Assembly (NCBI RefSeq): GCF_009914755.1
Contig: NC_060932.1
Origin: the human T2T-CHM13v2.0 reference genome, Homo sapiens
Direction: 5' to 3' (one strand)
Length of the DNA stretch: 64,000 bases
Below the pieces are notes generated by a model. It worked only from the letters and a program-made list of their open reading frames with translations. It was not told the origin of the DNA and did not search any database. The position numbers and the translations under genes are program-made. Shown one piece after another: positions 44,545 through 60,404 of this stretch (positions within the stretch are counted from its first letter, which is position 1; every line of letters starts with the position of its first letter).

Positions 44545-44664
44545 GCTTCTTCATTTCTTAAACCTATATCTCCTCCATATAAGTCTAAACATTAAATCTT
44601 CAGGGATCTCCTTCTTCCCAGAGGGTAACATTGATGAAAGTCAGACACACAGGAGACTAAGTTT

Positions 44665-45210
44665 TCATTCATTCAGAAACAATTATTGAACACCAAGTGT
44701 ATTCCAGACACTGTTCTAGGAACAGGGCATACAAAACAGGAAAAAAGAATCCATGTTCTTTTGGAGCTAACATTCTCATGGGGAGGTATACAATCTACAT
44801 AATCAGTCAGTTAATTATATGGTATGTCAGAAGGCGATAAGTTCTCTGGAAAAAAAAAATTAAAGCAAAGTCAGGGGAAATGAGGAGGAGTGACTTTTAG
44901 GAATTGCTGGTCTCACCAACCAGGTGACATTTGAGCAACAGTTTAAAGCAATGAGCCAGGGTGCTGCCTGGGTCCCAACCTTCCAGTCAGGGGAGGAGCT
45001 TGTGTGAAGCCCTGAGGAGGGGGCTTGCCTGGAGAGTCTGAGAAAAGGGAGGCGGTCTGTGTGGCTGGAGTGGAACGAGGACCCAAGGCCAGAGAGGAGC
45101 CGGGGCAGAGGAGCAGGTTTTGGAAGCTGCCATGACATGATGGCCACTTCTTACCCCAGGCCAGGTGACATGCAGACATAAGGGAGGGTCTGAGCAGAGA
45201 GCTATCACCT
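44665..45210 (-). mobile_element. L2 3' region
   Basis: 'tcattcattca...ttattgaacacc...ccagacactgttctagg...ggagctaacattct...ggtgacatttgagc'. Confidence 0.7.
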
Positions 45211-46108
45211 TCTACTTGTATGCAGAAGCCTAGAAGAATGTGGACGCTTTATTTGAGATGTTTGTTTTTTCAGAACAAGAGGATTTTGTTTTGATTTTCC
45301 ACATAGAAAATTCTGGTAAAATATTAAATACATCTTTTTTTCCTTCAAATTATGCAAATGTACTAGTTTCCTGGGGCTGCCTTCACTAAGCACCATAAAC
45401 TGGGCGTTTTACAACCACAATTAAACACTGGAGGCTAAGACTTCAAAGCGCAGGTGTTGGCAAGACCATGAACCCTCCGAGCCCTTCCTTGGCTCTTCCT
45501 AGCTTCTGGTGGTGTGCGGACAATCAGTGGCCTTGCGTGGCTGGCAGCTAAGTCAGTCTCTGCCTCTGTCGCCATGTGGCCTCTCCCTGAGTGTTTCTCT
45601 TCTCTTATAAACACACCAATTATATTCGATTAGGAGCTCAACCTACTCCAGCACAACCTCATCTTAATGTAACTACGGGCACACCTTGTCTTATTACGCT
45701 TCACTTTCTTGCCCTTCGCAGAAATTGCATTTTTTACAAATTGAAGGTTGGTGGCAACCCCGCAACAAGGAAGTCTATTGGTGCCATTTTTCCAGCAGCA
45801 TGGGCTCACTTCATGTGTTTGTGTCCCATTTTGGTAATTCTCCCAATATTTCACCCCTTATTATTACTATTATTTTGTATGTCTTGGCAGTCTGTGGTTC
45901 GTGATCTTTGATGTTACTATTGTAATTGTTTCAGGGCATCATGAACCACACCCAAATAAGACAGTGAACTTAATAAATATTGTATGTGTTCTAAAAGTAT
46001 ATAAACTGCACCATGGACCGTTAGTTTCTCCATTTCTCTCCCTCTCCTGGGGTTTTCCTATTGCCTGAGACACAACATATTAAAATTTGGCCAATTACTA
46101 ACCCTACA

Positions 46109-47266
46109 ATGGCTTGTAAGTGTTCAGGTGAAAGGAAGAATCACATGTCTCTTGCTTTATATGAAAAGCTGGAAATGATTAAGCTTAGTGAGGAAGGCAG
46201 GTCAAAAGCTGAGACAAGCTGCAAGCTAGGACTCTTGCACCAAACAGCCAAGTTATGAATGCAAAGGAAAAGTTCTTGAAGGAAATAAAAAGTACTACTC
46301 CATTGAACACACAAATGATAAGACAGTGAAACAGCCTCATTGCTGACATGGAGAAGGCTTTAGTGGTCTAGACAGAAGATCAAACCAGCCACAGTACTCC
46401 CTTAAGCCAAAACCTAATCCAGAGCAAGGCCCTAACTCTCTTCAATTATGTGAAGACTGAGAGAGGTTAGGAAGCTGCAGAAGAAAAGCTGGAAGCTAGC
46501 AGAGCTTGGTTCATGAGGTTTAAAGAAAAAAGCCAGTTCTGTAAAATAAAAGTGCAAAGTGAAGTAGTAAGTGCTGATGTAGAAGCTGCAGCAAGTCATC
46601 CAGAAGATCTAGTGAAGATCATTAATGAAGGTGGCTACACTAAACAACACATTTTTAATGTAGATGAAAGAGCCTTCTATTGGAAGAAGATACCTTCTAG
46701 GACATTCACAGCTAAAGAGGAGCAGTCTATGTCTGGTTTCAAGTTTCAAAGGGCAGCCTGACTCTCTTGTTAGGAGCAAATGCAGCTGGGGACTTTAAGT
46801 TGAAGCCAATGCTTACTTCCCATTATGAAAACCCTAGGGCCCTTAAAAATTATGCTAAATCTACTCTGCCTGTGCTCCAGTAATGGAACGACAAAGCCTG
46901 GATGACAGCACATCTGCTTATCACATGTTTTACTGAATATTTTAAGCCCACTGTTGAGAGCTACTTCTCAAAAAAAAAAATTCTTTTCAAAATTACTGCC
47001 CATTAACAATGCAGCTGGTAACCTAAGAGCTCTGGTAAAGATGTACAAAGAGATGAATGCTGTTTTCCTGCCTGCTAACAAAGAATCCATTCAACAGCCC
47101 CTAGATCAAGGAGTAATTTTGACTTTCGAGTCTTATTATTTAATAAATATATTTTGTAAGTCTATAGGTGCCCTAGGAATTGATTCCTCTGATGGGCCTG
47201 GGCAAAGTGAATTGAAAATTTTGTGGAAAGGATTCACAATTCTAGATGCCATTAAGAACACTCATG
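46109..47266 (+). pseudogene. Disrupted Tigger1 transposase (HTH plus DDD domain; frameshifts and stops)
   Basis: ORF track pieces 46061-46258, 46513-46761 and 46954- match the Tigger1/TIGD1-type protein. The second catalytic motif IDNA reads INNA. Confidence 0.9.
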
Positions 47267-48613
<1,347 letters not shown>

Positions 48614-49632
48614 AAGAACATTCATGATTAATGGGAGGAGGTCAAAATATTCTCATTAACAGGAGTCTGGAAGAAGTTGATTCCAGTCCTCATGGATGAC
48701 ATTGAGAGGTTCAAGGCTTCAACGGAAGAAGTCACTACCGATGTGGTGGAAACAGCAAGAGAACTAGAAGTGGAGCCTAACTCAGTGAGACATGATGGAA
48801 TTGTTGCAATCTCATGATAAAACTTGAACAGATGATTAATTTATGGATGAGCAAAGAAAGCGGTTTCTTGAGATGAGATCTACTCCTGGTGAAGATGCTA
48901 CGAACATTATTGAAAAGACAAACAATTCAGAATATTATATACACTTAGTTGATAAAACAGCAGCAGCGTTTGAGAAAATTGACTCCAATTTATAAGGAAG
49001 TTATACTGTGGGTTAAATGCTATCAAACAGCATGACATACTACAGAGAAATCTTTCCAGAAAATGAGAGTCAATTGGTGTGGCAAGCTTCATTGTTGTCT
49101 TATTTTAAGAAACTTAAAAATTGTAAGAAATTGTCACAGCCACCCCAACCTTCAGCAACCACCACCCTAAACAATTTGTGTGACTCAATTTATTGCAACA
49201 TTTGCTTTATTATGGTGGTCTGGAACTGAAGCCACAATATCTCTGAGGTATGCCTGTAATTCCACCTGCAATGAGCCTATTTCCAAATAAAGTAACCTCT
49301 GAGGTACTGAGGATTAGAATTTTAACATATCTTTGGCAGGAGGGAGGAAACAATTCAACTCTTAACACTACGTCTCCCGACAATTTCAACTTTGGCCCCT
49401 GGGTTGAACACCTGCCTCCTGAGGATCAGGGTAGTCAGCAAACATCCAGAGTGTAGATTAGCTGTGGCACTAGGAATCTCGGCAAAAGATTTGGGATGGT
49501 ACCCAGCACCTGCTCTCAAAAGCTCATCCCTCCATGATGCGCTGGGGAGGAGACTCTTTCCCAAGACCCAGCTGGGTATGCAATGCTACAAACGTCTCTG
49601 CTGCATTTCTTTTCTGGGTTGGTACTTTTTCT

Positions 49633-49920
49633 AAGAGAGAGAGAGAGAGAGAGAGTGCATGTAAAACAGAGAGAGAGAGAAAGGAGAGAGAGAGAATCAG
49701 TGTGCCTTTGTGTTTGTATATGTGACTGCGTGTGGATGTATGCGTGCCTCGGCCTGTGTGCCTCTGTGTGTGACTCTATGGGTGTGACAGTATGCAACTG
49801 TGTCATAACACTGTGTATTTACATCTGTGAGTACATGTGTCTGTGAGTGTGTGATAGAATCTGTGACTATGGATACAGGTTTGTGCAGGCACGTGTATGT
49901 CTGTCAGTATTTACACACGT
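49633..49920. repeat. (GA)n tract followed by degenerate (TG)n low-complexity
   Basis: Directly visible. Confidence 0.85.
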
Positions 49921-50734
49921 TTATAGTACAGGCACAGAAGCTGTTGAAATGCTCAATGCTATATTGAGCAAATTGAAGAAGGAACAGGTATGGATTGTCT
50001 GGGACTGTGAGCCCCAAAGAGAAGCTTCATCTCTCCAGAATCCATTGGTGTTCACACTCACTTCTCATTAGGAGAGAGCAACCCCAATGGCCTTGCCCTT
50101 ACCCAGAAGCTGAAAAGACAACAGCAGAACTTCTGCAAAAGGCCAGATCTTCTAAACTCACAGCCAGCACAATCATTTGGAACAATCTGGTAGCAGGAAA
50201 AATAAGTCATAGATAAGTTAGGCAGATGCCTCCAACTAACCAAGATAATCCAGAAACTCCCTCATTAAATCTGGCTCACAGGAAAGTGAAAGAGAAGAAT
50301 GACTGTCCTACATTCATCAAAATGCACATGAAACAAAAAGATAATGTATGAGAAGGTGCTTGAAAAAGGTGAAAGTACTACACAGAAGCAGAATATTGTT
50401 TGAAAGCTGAACACCCAATCTTTATTGAGATGGCCTGTAGAGGGGAAGAAGCAGGGTGCTCCGCTGAGGCTACTCTGGAAAAGAGGATGACATCCTGGGA
50501 CGTAACCCTATAGCACCAGCCAGAGTGTGGAGGCAAGGTGGCCTGGGTAGCCTGGGCCAGCACCCCTAGCCTTCTCACCAGTTTCGTAGAGACCTCCTCC
50601 TATCAGCTCTTAGCCATAGAGTAAGAGCCACAGCGTGCTCTACAGCTTTGCTCTAAACATTTTCAACCCATGGAGCCAATAGGGAGGTCATGGTCATGAT
50701 GAACGAAGCACAAGGTTGTCAACTACAGAAGAAT

Positions 50735-50910
50735 GGTAACAACATTTTGATAGACTACATAGCAAGCATTGGTCACAAAACTCATTTGATCCTCACATCA
50801 ACTTACAAGGTAGAATGACTGTCATTCCCCTTTTACAGATGAGAAAACAGACACACAGAGCAATCGGGTAACTAACTCAGGGTCCACAGCTGGTAAGTAG
50901 CAAGGAAAGC
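50735..50910 (-). mobile_element. MIR SINE
   Basis: 'ctcatttgatcctcacatcaac...aggtag...cccttttacagatgagaaaacagacacacagag'. Confidence 0.75.
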
Positions 50911-52387
50911 ACTTCCACAGAGATTAGTTATATTGTAAGTCTTCCTTAGTTTTCTTGAAGCATAGACCAGGTTACCATCCTTCTTTCCTGGCAGCTATTA
51001 GATAGATAATGCTAACTAAGTCTTTGTTCTAAAAAAATGTTCAACTTTACATCATACCTGTGCATTTGAGTAGCGTTAGACACAAGACTAAGTCATCCCA
51101 CATCTCCGAACCACCAATATCGAAGCCGTGGAATTTAAAGACAAGCAATGCCCTTTGAGGCACCCAGGGTAGGGAATTCCATAGGCATTTTTTTTCCTTA
51201 TCATCAATTTAATGATATACCATGAATCATTGAACCTTTCTGGCCTACCTTTCCCTATCTGAGATTTGGGGAGTTTTGAATAGGCTAAGCTCTAGTATTC
51301 TGCTGTACCCTAGGAAGGTGTGTCATGAAAAACAATCAAGACTCTGCCGGGAGAGACCTAGGATTTGCACAGATCTTTGTAACCAAAAAACATTAGACAG
51401 TCATCAGACATTATGATTGTTTTATGATTATAAAGCCTAGGCAGGAAGCACTTACAAATGTTAACAGGAGCGGCATCAAAGCCCTGGCCATGTAACTCTT
51501 ATAGGAGTCTTTAGTCAAACAGAACTCTATTTTTGGAGGGAAGTAAATGAACAGCCCGGTTTTCCAGCTCCTAGGCCCTGACCCAGTGCATCCCAAATAT
51601 TGCAGGCATCACAGAGGACCAGGCAGGGCTCTCCTTAGTATTGTTTCCCATGACAGTTTAAGATCTGATCTTCAGATTGGCTGAGTGGAGCCTGGCCCTC
51701 TCTTTCTCCTCCTTCCTGCCTCTCTCACCACCTCCCACCCCATCAGCCCCATCAGTTCAGGCTGCATTTTTCCAGTCTAGCCCCATGAGCCCATGATCAC
51801 AAAATTGTGGCAATACAGACAGACTTGAGGATTCCAGCATTGCCAGGGAGGGGAAAACAAGGGTCTTGTGTGCATCCTCCCCAAACTGGCATTCCTTTCA
51901 ATATTAGGAACTCTGCTAAAAAAATAAATAAGTGCAAGAAGCAGCCCTGTCCAAAAGAGGGAGATTGATGAGCCTGGTGCCTGCAGAGGCTCTCGTCTTC
52001 CTTTCAGGGATTCATCAAGATTCCCCGCGCTGGGTCCTGGAGCACCCAGAGCTGAGCCCTGGCTTGGAGGCGCTGTAGCCCTTCCCAGACTCGTTTCCCC
52101 TCTTCCCTCCCGTCCCTGCCTGTTCCTCCCTCCTAGGGCCCTTAGCTCCTCCTAGATGTTGTTTACAAGGAGCTCCCCAGCTCTCTAAATTAAGCCCCGT
52201 AAGGTCTGCCACTCTTGGAGGCCATGTGTTGAGCCCCATGAGCCGAGTTGTGGCATTTATTAGCGCAAGAGGAAAAGTGCTTGTCTCATCAGAGAGCAGC
52301 TGGAGGCAGTGAGCTTTTCAAAGGCATGTAACTGACCTCTAGCGCAGCTGCAGGATGCCTGAAGATTGCAGACTCAGAGGATTCTCA

Positions 52388-52512
52388 TCCTCTCTCTCTC
52401 TCTCTCTCTCTCTCCCTCTTCCTTTCTTTCTCCCTCTCTCTCTTTCTCCCCCTCTCTCTTTCTCCCTCTCTCACCCTCCTCCTCCTGCCAGCCTCCACCC
52501 TCCACCCACTCC
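52388..52512. repeat. (CT)n / polypyrimidine tract
   Basis: About 120 nt, almost purely C/T. Confidence 0.9.
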
Positions 52513-52933
52513 TTTCAGTAGAGTCCTGACCTTGCAGGCCTGAATCCCCCCCATCCATCTCCCTACATTGTGTCTCTCCGGTGAACTCATGCTGGGAGAT
52601 TAATTGCTGCTATCACCCCTAATCCATCACACTTCCCAAAGATTGTTTTGACATCTAGTTAATTTTTGGCTGATGATTTATCAAATTCTTATTACTGTGC
52701 TCTGAAGGGGCTCATTTATTGTGTTGATTCATGGTAATGATAAAAGGGAAGCATTTTGAATTTTAACTACATTTCCCTCATGCTTCTTCTACCCAGTGTA
52801 GTAAAAAAAGAAAAGGGGAGGGGGAGGGGACTGTAGCCAGGAAACTCTTAAACAATTCAGAATGTGGAAGGAAAGGGAGAGGGGAGAAAATTCTTCCATT
52901 ATGTGCGCAAAAGCCAAAATGCTGTAAAAGGTT

Positions 52934-52939
52934 ACACAC

Positions 52940-52989
<50 letters not shown>
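52934..52989. repeat. (CA)n microsatellite
   Basis: Directly visible, ~28 units with two TA interruptions. Confidence 0.95.
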
Positions 52990-52991
<2 letters not shown>

Positions 52992-54123
52992 AGTATTTTT
53001 AGCATCTGGGTCTGAACTACGTTTGGAAAGCTTATACCCCTAAGGCTCTTAAACATTGATTGCCCTGTAATATTACCTAAATGTCTACTACCACTTTATT
53101 CAAATAGAACTTAATGGTAAATGACTTCAGTCATGTACCAGTGGAGATGTAAAATGACTGTCTCTGCCAGGCCAGATGGCCATCCTACCTTTTAAAAGTG
53201 CAAAGAGACTTTCCTTCACTGCTTCGGCCACTCTCCAGACCTTCCAAATTTCTCATTTGCCACTCAGCTTTTTAAAATAAACCAGATGGTGAGGAGCCCA
53301 AGGCCAACGTTAGTTACTCTTTTTGCAAAGACTGAAGGAAGTTAATATCTCAAGGATTGAGCTCAGAAGAGACTTGGGAGCCCCAGGGAAAAGGCACTGT
53401 CCCATAATCACAGGGTTGGCTGTAGGGGATACAGTTAACCCAGGCAGAAGGGCGAGGGAACACCCTGCACCACCAGGGACAGACTCTAGACCATGCGTGT
53501 CCACAAAGAATCCTGATGAAAAGGAGAGAACGTGGGAGAATAAAAGACTATCATAAGTCTTTTCATCAGGAATCTCCAACAGGAAGCTTCCAGCAAAAAT
53601 ATTCCTTATACGAGCTTTCATATTCCATATATGACTATATGAGCTTCCATATATAGACAAGCTTTCTAGAGATAGAACAGACCCATATTTGGTTGTCCTT
53701 AGCACAAGAATGTATCAGGAAAGTGTCCATCCCATCTCTCCACACTCCTCTTGATACCTGCCCCAGGTTTCACACCCCCACCCACTGCCCTTCCACTACC
53801 CAGCCTTCCCTTTTTCTTTCCATCTCACAAGGTGAGTGCATCACTGGAGAAAGTCAGGATTACCCCCAAATCTTTCTTGCATCAATAGGTGGTAAAGACC
53901 TGTGCAGGGGAGTGCAGGAGTTTCACAGGTGCCATGACTTTGTGTTTAAGATCATGTGGAGGGAAGAAAGTATCAGGTACCTTCCCTGCACCTTTAGGAA
54001 TAAATAGTGAAGCTTTCTCTCTTTTCCATTTTTTGAAAAATTATATAAATTATCTGTCTCTTAAACATAGTGAAATTCATATATAAAATAATCAAGGCCT
54101 AGAAATATATATAGTTATATATC

Positions 54124-54124
54124 C

Positions 54125-54165
<41 letters not shown>

Positions 54166-54185
54166 ACATATATATATATACACAC
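54124..54185. repeat. Compound (CA)n(TA)n microsatellite
   Basis: Directly visible. Confidence 0.92.
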
Positions 54186-54392
54186 GCTAGGGGGAAGAAA
54201 TAATTGAAATTATTTTAGTTTTAAAATAGCTATCAATTTTGTCAGATTTTAGTTTATATTTTGCCAATTTAGATATTGTTTTCTAAATATGTTCTATTTT
54301 GCCTCTGTTTACTAAAATATTGACTCAATTGCTTAAACATTTCTTTTAACATTTAAAAATATCTAGGGTACCTATAGTTCTGGCTTGTTTAA

Positions 54393-54740
<348 letters not shown>

Positions 54741-55829
54741 TGATCAGTCTTGCTAGAGATTTGCCCACTTTGTTGACCTCTTCCAGTCTGAGTAAGGGCA
54801 CCATCATTCAACTAGCTACGCAGGCTAAAGTCCTGAGCACCATACTGGCTGCATTTCATGCCTTACATCCAATCTATCTACAAATCATTTAGGGTGCATC
54901 TGGCATCTGGTGACTCCTTAGCACCTCCCTCTTGAGCACCCTGGGCCATCCCTCCCCAGCCTATGTGCCATGCTCCTCCTGTTTCCTCCATCCCCAGCCA
55001 AGAGCACTGACCACCCATCCTCCCTCTCCCCAACCCCAGCCTCCCTTTATTATGTCTGAGGTGAAGCAAGTCCCAACTGGGCACCATTATCTCCACTTCT
55101 GCTCTTTCCCTAGGGCAGTTGATCTGACCAGTTATCTCCTCTGTGCTCCCCACTGTCATCCCCCAACTCACTCCCCCCACCACAGAACCTTCTCTCATCA
55201 ACATCAAAGCAAAGTCAAGTTTAATGCAGCCTACAAAGAAAAATACCCCTTGGTTCTTGTAGCTTCCACCCTCCCTGACTCTACCCCATTCACAGCCAAC
55301 ATTCTCAGAAGAGGCATCTAACTCCTTGTCTCCACTGCCTCATCTCCATCTCACTCCTTAATGCACCTTGGGCATGATTGCACCCCACTACTCCATCTAA
55401 CTAGCTCTTGCCCAAATCCCAATGCCTCCTTACTGCTGTACTTCTCAAGCTTGATTTTCCTGACTCTTGGCAGCATCTGACACCACTGACCCCACGCTTT
55501 TTCCTGAAATGCACCACCCCTCAACCTGTCCCCTCTCTCCAGCAGCCAAGGTTGGTATCTTTTAGTGTTTTATTGCTCCCACCTCATGTTAGCTCTTGGG
55601 TATCTTCTCCCTTGGATTCTATGACTCTGCTCATGGCTTTCTCTTATCTCTCTGACTTCTAAGTAGTCTCCTTTTTCTCAGTCCATACCTTCTATAACAT
55701 CCCTTAAATGTGATTTTTCCCAGTGTTCTGGGCTCAGCCCCCTTCTTTGCAAAATCTCCCTTGGGTGGTCCTGTCCTGGCTCCAATAGTCATCTATAGGT
55801 TGCTGTCTTGCAGATATAGATGTTGTGAT

Positions 55830-57600
55830 TAAACTTATAAGTTAATATTCTTTCTATGAATTGAGGAAAATGTTATTAATTCAAGTCATCTTTTATATGT
55901 TTTCATAAAAGTATAATATTTTCTTCATGAGTTCCTGCCTATTTTCTGTCTGATTTTTTTTCCCAGAAATTAAATGTAATTACTATTCACATATGTTCTT
56001 TTCTTTTCTTTTGAGACAGAATCTCATTCTATCACCCAGGTTGAAGTGCAGCGGCACAATCTCTGCTCACTGCAAGCTCCTCAACCCAGGTACAAGTGAT
56101 TGTTGTGCCTCAGCCTCCTGAGTAGCTGGGACTACAGGCGGGTGCCACTACTCCCGGCTAATTTTTGTCTTTTTAGCAGAGACAAGGTTTCACCATGTTG
56201 GTCAGGCTGGTCTCAAACTCCTGACCTCAAGTGATCTTCCCACTGTGGCCTCCCAGAGTGCTGGGATTACAAGCATGAGCTACCACGCCCAGCCTATTCA
56301 CATATTTTCTAATAGGTTGTTTTTAATGTAGATGGAAGCTACAAATGTTTGTATATTTATTCTGTAACTAGCCACCTTATTAAGCACTCTTCAATGATAA
56401 TAGATTGGCAAATTCTTCTTATACATTTTCCAGGTTATTAAGAATATAATCTGTAAGTCACAGCAACTGTTTTCTTCCCCTTTCCAATATTTAAGCCTCA
56501 TATCTTCTTGTGCTATTTCTGGGACTTTCAACATACCATTGAATGATGATGCTGGTAGCCAGTATGTTTAATTTTTCCTAGATTTTAATGGGACTGTCTC
56601 TAGTGTTTCATTATTTAAATATAATTATGGCTTTTTATTTAATATGCATATCATTCATGGCATGAAAGTATCTTTATACTTCATGTTTAGTAAGAATTTT
56701 GTTTGTAATTAATCAGGAATGGAAATTATACAAATTCTTTTGGAGCCTCTATCGAGATAATATTATAATTTTACTTGGCTATCTGTACTGGTGAATTTTA
56801 TTTAAAACAGATTAATGTTAAAGCATCTTTGCATCTCTGGAACAATCCTTTCTTGGTCATGTATAATCATTCTTAATATTGTGTTAGATATAATGTGGTA
56901 ATATTTTATTAAAAATTTTTCACTTATACTCAAAAGTGAGATTGACCTATAGCTTTTATATCTAAAGTATTAATTGTCATGTTTTAGGTGTAATATTTTG
57001 ACAGCTAGTCAGTTGGGAAGATTTCCATCTTTTCCTATGCTCTGGACTGGATTAAATAGCATAGGAAGTATTGTCTCCTTAAATATTCCCCCATAAAATA
57101 GTTTTGGAAAATAATTACTTTATTGATTTTTCACATGCATTCATACTTATGGTTTACTTGCTAAATAGTCCATAATCATATATAGTATTTGCCTTTTAAT
57201 TCTGCACAAAAGTGGTTTCTCTTTTTTCTTCTAATGGCCAACTGTTTGGATTGCTTATGTATATACTTTTATTTGTATTTTTAAAATTTTATTTTTGCAT
57301 CATGATCAGTGGGGCCTGTAAAATTTCTAGTCTTTGAATTTATTGGAGATTTCTCTTTTTACCCAGAGTAAGATTAATTTTCATAAACATAGCATGGATG
57401 TTTCAAAAGAAGATATATTTCTATTTAGAAAGTACATGCTTCTGTATATATTAAGAGATATGATATATGTTTTATTAGATCTGATGTCATTATTTACCCA
57501 AACATTGTTGAAATTACATGCTGGATTGTAAATAACACTCCTCCTAGTCCTTGGCACAACTATATGCTTTTTCCTATTTTTTAAAATAGGAAGTTCATTT
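55830..57600 (-). mobile_element. Ancient L1ME ORF2 fragments, antisense, interrupted by an Alu
   Basis: 'tttgtatatttattctgtaactagccaccttatt', 'gattttaatgggactgtctctagtgtttca', 'catctttgcatctctggaacaatcc...cttggtcatg'. Boundaries approximate. Confidence 0.6.
55996..56294 (-). mobile_element. Alu (S/J) with TSD TATTCACATAT
   Basis: TSD at 55984-55994 and 56295-56305. Confidence 0.93.
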
Positions 57601-57797
57601 TCATTGTATTCTGCGAGGCAGAAATTAGACATCCATAATCACAACTCCATTTTATCCAGGAGTTCCAGAGAAATCTTTCTAAAATGCAAATATCATAATA
57701 AAACATTTTGTCTAAAACTTTTAAAATATTTCATTTCCACTTCTTAGTGCCTATTTCTTCCCCACTTGTCCTTGGGTCAAGGTGCAGACTCCTTTAA

Positions 57798-58172
<375 letters not shown>

Positions 58173-58738
58173 GCTCCTCCTCATATATAACTTAATTCAT
58201 TAGTCATAGAATAAATAACTCTTGTAGTTCCACATTTCTTTCTTCTTGTTTTAGGGGTTTTGTACCTGCTACTCAGAACCCAGAACATATTACCTACCTT
58301 CTGTTTTGGCCTAGTTAGATCTTACTTGTCCTCTAGGACTTAGTTTAAATGTCCGTTCCCATTTCCGGACTGTGAGATGAAGCTTCTGGAAGCTCCCTCT
58401 GATTTCAGCTCGTCCTTTTTGCTGTCTTTAGCGTACATCTCATTGTGCTATGATTGCCTCCCTTCCTAATTAGGCTATAAGCTCCTGTGCCCAGAGATTG
58501 GGTGACCTATTTAGTGCCTAGGGTAGTGCCTCTCATAAAATCAGTGTTCTACAGAATCACGTCCAGGATCAGGCTGCTAAATTAGTTCCAGCCCCACCAT
58601 TTGTGAGTCCGCTGCGCTTTTTACCAGACACTGGACAGAACTGAGCTTACAGGTTGAACAGCTTGTGAAAATAATGATTACAACTGACATCTTTGAGTAC
58701 TGACTACTTTTCAGGTATTGAACAGAGTTATTATTATT

Positions 58739-59267
58739 CAGGGACAGCTTCATGGGTGTGTGACCAGTGAAGTTTCACAAGGACACCATGTTCAGTAAGA
58801 GTCTCATTTTCAGAGCCTGGTCACCATCTTGAAATTTGTGTCCCATAGGTAAAATCTGATGGGACAATGAAGTGTATGTTGGCAGCTGTTTGGAGTGTCA
58901 TCTCATGTGTGGTCCCACGTCTGTCTGCACCCCACCCATACATGTCTCCAGGATGGGTTCTCACTTGCCTGCTCCCCCAACCCTGCCCAGTAAGTGCTGT
59001 CATTCCCTGCTCCTGGTGGCAGCCTGGGCACAGCAAGGGTTAGCATCAGGCACTTACACCCTGCATGCCAATCATAGGGTGGGGCCCTGGGCACCTGGGA
59101 GGGTCTGCATTGCCCTGAAAATGTCTCTGTTGTCCTAGGGAGCATGACATTAAGTGGCAAAGAAAAAACACTACGAGAGGTTGACAGAGAGACAATAAAA
59201 GAAAGGAAAAAGCTTTCCTGCCTTTTCTTCTTACACAGGAGCCCCATGGATTATGTAGCCAGCCCTG
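58739..59267 (+). mobile_element. MER45-like hAT-Tip100 element
   Basis: TIRs 'cagggacagcttcatggg' and 'ttatgtagccagccctg'; internal 'ccatcttgaaatt'. Confidence 0.7.
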
Positions 59268-59968
59268 CTGTTATCATTCTTATTTCAAAGATAAGGAAAC
59301 CAGAGCCACACTGCTAGTCTTATATGGTGACTCTGTGAAAATGAGAAAGACATCCCCTGTAGGCAGACCAATTATGAAAGCACACTTCTTTTTATCTGGC
59401 TTCACAAACAGAATGCTGGATTTCAGACCATTCTTGCCAGTTTAGCCAGATTCCTTTATGTAGGGCACAAAACACACAATCATCTGCATTAACCCTGAAG
59501 GAAATAAGGGGATAAAACCTACTCAGGCAACAGAGCTCCTAGATAGTGCATTGATATCCAAACCTATGCTTTCTGGCTTCAGAATCTGTGCTCTAAACTA
59601 TAATACAAGTGTTTCCAAGTTTGCCTGGATATATATGTATGAGTTATCTTTTGAAATACAAATTTCCAGTCTCTACCTAATACAATGGAAATCAGACTGT
59701 CTCAGGGAAATGTCTGGGAAGCAAGTTATATTTTTTAACAAGTGCTACAGGTGATGCTTATTATTTTAGAAGCTATGGAAACATTGTTATACTACACAGA
59801 TTTTACAGGATCTGAGTATTTAATTTGCAAAGGACACAACCAGAAAGTACATAACAGATCCAGACAGGCAGAAATGTGAAAAATAAAAATCTCAGCCAGT
59901 GGCAGAGTATTATGGTCCAAGGAAGAACATGTCTTGGTTTTGTTGTTGCTCTTAAAATGTGTGCTATT

Positions 59969-60317
<349 letters not shown>

Positions 60318-60404
60318 CTATATTTACTTTATTTTTTACAAAATCCCATATCTTCAACACAATAATTTTCTTCTAAATTGAAAGGTAATTAGAAAAGGAT
60401 GACA

